Shown here: positions 46,852 through 49,111 of the stretch, one piece after another
Layout of the letters: each line of letters opens with the position of its first letter
Numbering within the stretch: the first letter of the stretch is position 1
Assembly (NCBI GenBank): GCA_018398765.1
Contig: JAHBMJ010000390.1
Location: 1 to 49,111 of the forward strand
Direction: 5' to 3'
Length of the DNA: 49,111 nt
Source of the DNA: Chromera velia
Taxonomy: Eukaryota
Notes under the pieces: model-generated
The model's database searches: none
What the model saw: the letters and a program-made list of their open reading frames with translations, nothing else
Told to the model about the DNA's origin: nothing
Translations under genes and position numbers: made by a program

Positions 46852-47955
46852 TTATGAACGAGACGAGGACGAAGATGCGTCATGCTTGACAAAGAACCTG
46901 CTGGGAAGCCCTCCTTGTGGAGCGGTAACCGCTGGAGCAGGACCAGCTGGGGGTTCTGGTGCAGGTGCTGCTGCTGCTGCTGGTGGACCTGGTGCTACAA
47001 CATCATCTGACTCAGACAGCTGAATGCCGACACCTGCAAGATCTTTCTCGGTCGTGTCGCGAAGTTTCGCGGTCAGCTTTGACAGCGTCTGCTCAAAGCC
47101 ACAGTGGCGTCCCATTCCCTTCATGTGCTTGCATCGGAGGGCAAACGGTGTGGGGGACTCACCATCGTGTTGAAATTCAAATTTTCTTGACCCGCATTTA
47201 GGACAGCAGCGAAGGTTTCCGTATCTGTAAACGGAAAGGAGCCGTTCCACCAATTGATCCTTCGACCCCCCCAGCAGAACGGAATTGGCTTGGCAGAGGG
47301 CCTTCAGACGGGGAAGACGGAGTTTACCCAATTTCACAATCACACCCTCACCCCCCTCTGACTCTTTTGCAGCCTCAGATGCGAGTCGTTTTTTTTGCTG
47401 GCTTTGCCTCTCTCTATTGGTCTCTGCCTGCCTTTTCTGGCTCTGCTTTACTAGCTGTTCTGCCTGCTGCCTGTCGTATTCCCTCAACTCCTCTGCCACA
47501 ATCCGATCCTCCTCTGCCTTCCGATCAACCCACTCTGCGCACGCAGCGCAGCGGACGGAAACCTGCGCCCACAGTCGAGGAGGGCCGAAGGGGTCAGGCC
47601 AACCTTGCCACTGCTGCACCACCACTTCCATCAGCACGGGGGCCTCTGGACTTGCCTCTATCACTTTCAAGCAGTCGTGACAGCCAAAACGCTGCTTTGC
47701 CTCCTTCTTTTGACGGTCTGGAGGCCCTCTTTCTATGTTCGCTGCACTTGACACGGCCATGTCTGGGGATTTGTACTCATACGGTAACCAGTCAACCTCC
47801 TCACCGTCTTCTTCCCGCCGGCGCTGTTTTCGTCTCTGCTCAATCTCCCGCTCTCTCTCCACATAGACAACTGAATTTTCGATTGCCTTTTCAATCTTCT
47901 CATTGATGTAGCTGGGGCTGAGAGAACAGACACCGATGCCGTATGCCTGCTCCAT
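46852..47955 (-). CDS. Hypothetical protein with PADR1-like (PARP1 Zn3) / SAP-like zinc domain and an additional CxxC..CxxC pair
   Basis: LKALCQANSVLLGGSKDQLVERLLSVYRYGNLRCCPKC..LRC......HC resembles PADR1 (helical part, then G-x-L-x-x-C-x-x-C...C...C). Upstream GCHDC...RCAAC, a charged coiled-coil linker and a Pro/Ala tail. An upstream exon is possible (acceptor-like CATAG just before the ATG). Confidence 0.7.
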   Translation of the reverse strand: MEQAYGIGVCSLSPSYINEKIEKAIENSVVYVEREREIEQRRKQRRREEDGEEVDWLPYEYKSPDMAVSSAANIERGPPDRQKKEAKQRFGCHDCLKVIEASPEAPVLMEVVVQQWQGWPDPFGPPRLWAQVSVRCAACAEWVDRKAEEDRIVAEELREYDRQQAEQLVKQSQKRQAETNRERQSQQKKRLASEAAKESEGGEGVIVKLGKLRLPRLKALCQANSVLLGGSKDQLVERLLSVYRYGNLRCCPKCGSRKFEFQHDGESPTPFALRCKHMKGMGRHCGFEQTLSKLTAKLRDTTEKDLAGVGIQLSESDDVVAPGPPAAAAAPAPEPPAGPAPAVTAPQGGLPSRFFVKHDASSSSSRS

Positions 47956-49111
47956 ATCTATGGATAAAGACGAGTAGGATTGGTGTCAATTTTTAGAGAC
48001 GGCATCCAATCGGAATATCTTTCTGCCAGCGTCAGCCAAAGCTGCCCATCACAAGTCTTTGAAGCAAGAATTGGCACTGCGCATCAGAATAAAAAAGAGG
48101 GTTCGTGCTTTGAGAAAATTTGCTCGGCCTCCTCAGCGACTGTGAACGTCAACGACACAATGATCGTCGTTACACCAAAACTGGTCCTTCAATGAATGAT
48201 TGTGTTGAACTCATGCAGTCTGACATTTTTTTTTTTTTTTTTATCGATTATATGGATCGATTGCAGATGTCAACGCGCGCTCCGCGCGACGCGAAATGAC
48301 GCGAAGAAAGGATGATTGAGGGTTTTGTTATGCACTAGCCTGGCCTGTCAAAAAAATGAGCTGGTCAAGATCACCAGGCCCGTGAAATATCCCTGACCCG
48401 TCAAACATTTATGCTAATTTTATGGCCCGTCAAATGTCCCCAGCCGGATAATTTCAATTCCAAGGCACTCACCCTTTTCGCGGGCGCGCGCAATTAAGGC
48501 ACTCACCCGTATAGAGACGGTGGAGAGGTGAGATCGATGCGCGTAGACGGCGCGCTTTTTTCACTTGCGGGACCATTTTTATGGCGGTGGCTTTCCGGGG
48601 CCCCCGCGCCCCCCCGCGCGTGTATCTAAAAAACAATCCATGGATTGTTTAAACACAAATGTTGGGATTAAGTCTACAATAGGGGCGTCGGGGCCCAGCT
48701 GCGCGCGGGAGCAGCAGGGAACGCCGGGGCCCTTTTCGTCTGTATTGGAATTTGATTGAAAAATAAATATTCGTACGCGTATATATATTTTTGTATATGC
48801 GTACGTATACATCAATAAACTTGAACCGGCCTTGAAGCGCCGAATGAGGATGTATGACCGAGAGGATGAGTGAGTGAGCAAGTGACTGTGTGAGTGCATG
48901 AGCGAAGGAGTTCGCGAGTGGGTAAGGGATAGAACAAGTGAGTGAGTGACTGAGTGACTGAAGCTTGAGTGTACCTGTCAGAGAGAGAATGGGTCAGCTT
49001 CGAGGCGCTGACCTTTCATTCGTTGTTCGTGCAGTGTGGTTCTTTTCTTTCGAGGAACTCCGAGCAACATTCATTCTGCTCATTGGGGGAAGTGTGAGTG
49101 AGTTCGTGAAC

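Noticed and set aside
1..49111. tRNA, rRNA or snRNA genes
   Set aside because: No cloverleaf or conserved rRNA/snRNA sequence recognised by eye; an Infernal/tRNAscan-SE run would be needed to exclude them.

Overview
Intron-rich eukaryotic nuclear DNA. The microsatellite-laden GT-AG introns, TGCATG-rich promoters and gene content suggest a chromerid/apicomplexan-related alveolate such as Chromera; this is inference only. Nine protein-coding genes are supported: a copper amine oxidase, an Enhancer-of-polycomb-like protein with a possible C-terminal S1/eIF2-alpha-like domain, an intronless signal-peptide kinase, an unknown multi-pass membrane protein, a MYND-finger protein, an intronless NmrA-like oxidoreductase, TBCK, WDR83/MORG1 and an intronless protein with a stand-alone PADR1-like zinc domain. 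Intergenic DNA holds two decayed copies of one APE-type LINE with a (CAT)n tail; copy 1 keeps a 3' hairpin with a GGAUA pentaloop. It also holds two hAT-like MITEs with perfect 8-bp TSDs, a probable three-level MITE>LINE>MITE nest, and a CAC...GTG TIR element. Other notable patterns are frequent GTCAG splice donors and C>T-biased, TpA-rich decay of the repeats. Exon boundaries were inferred by eye and no database search was run.
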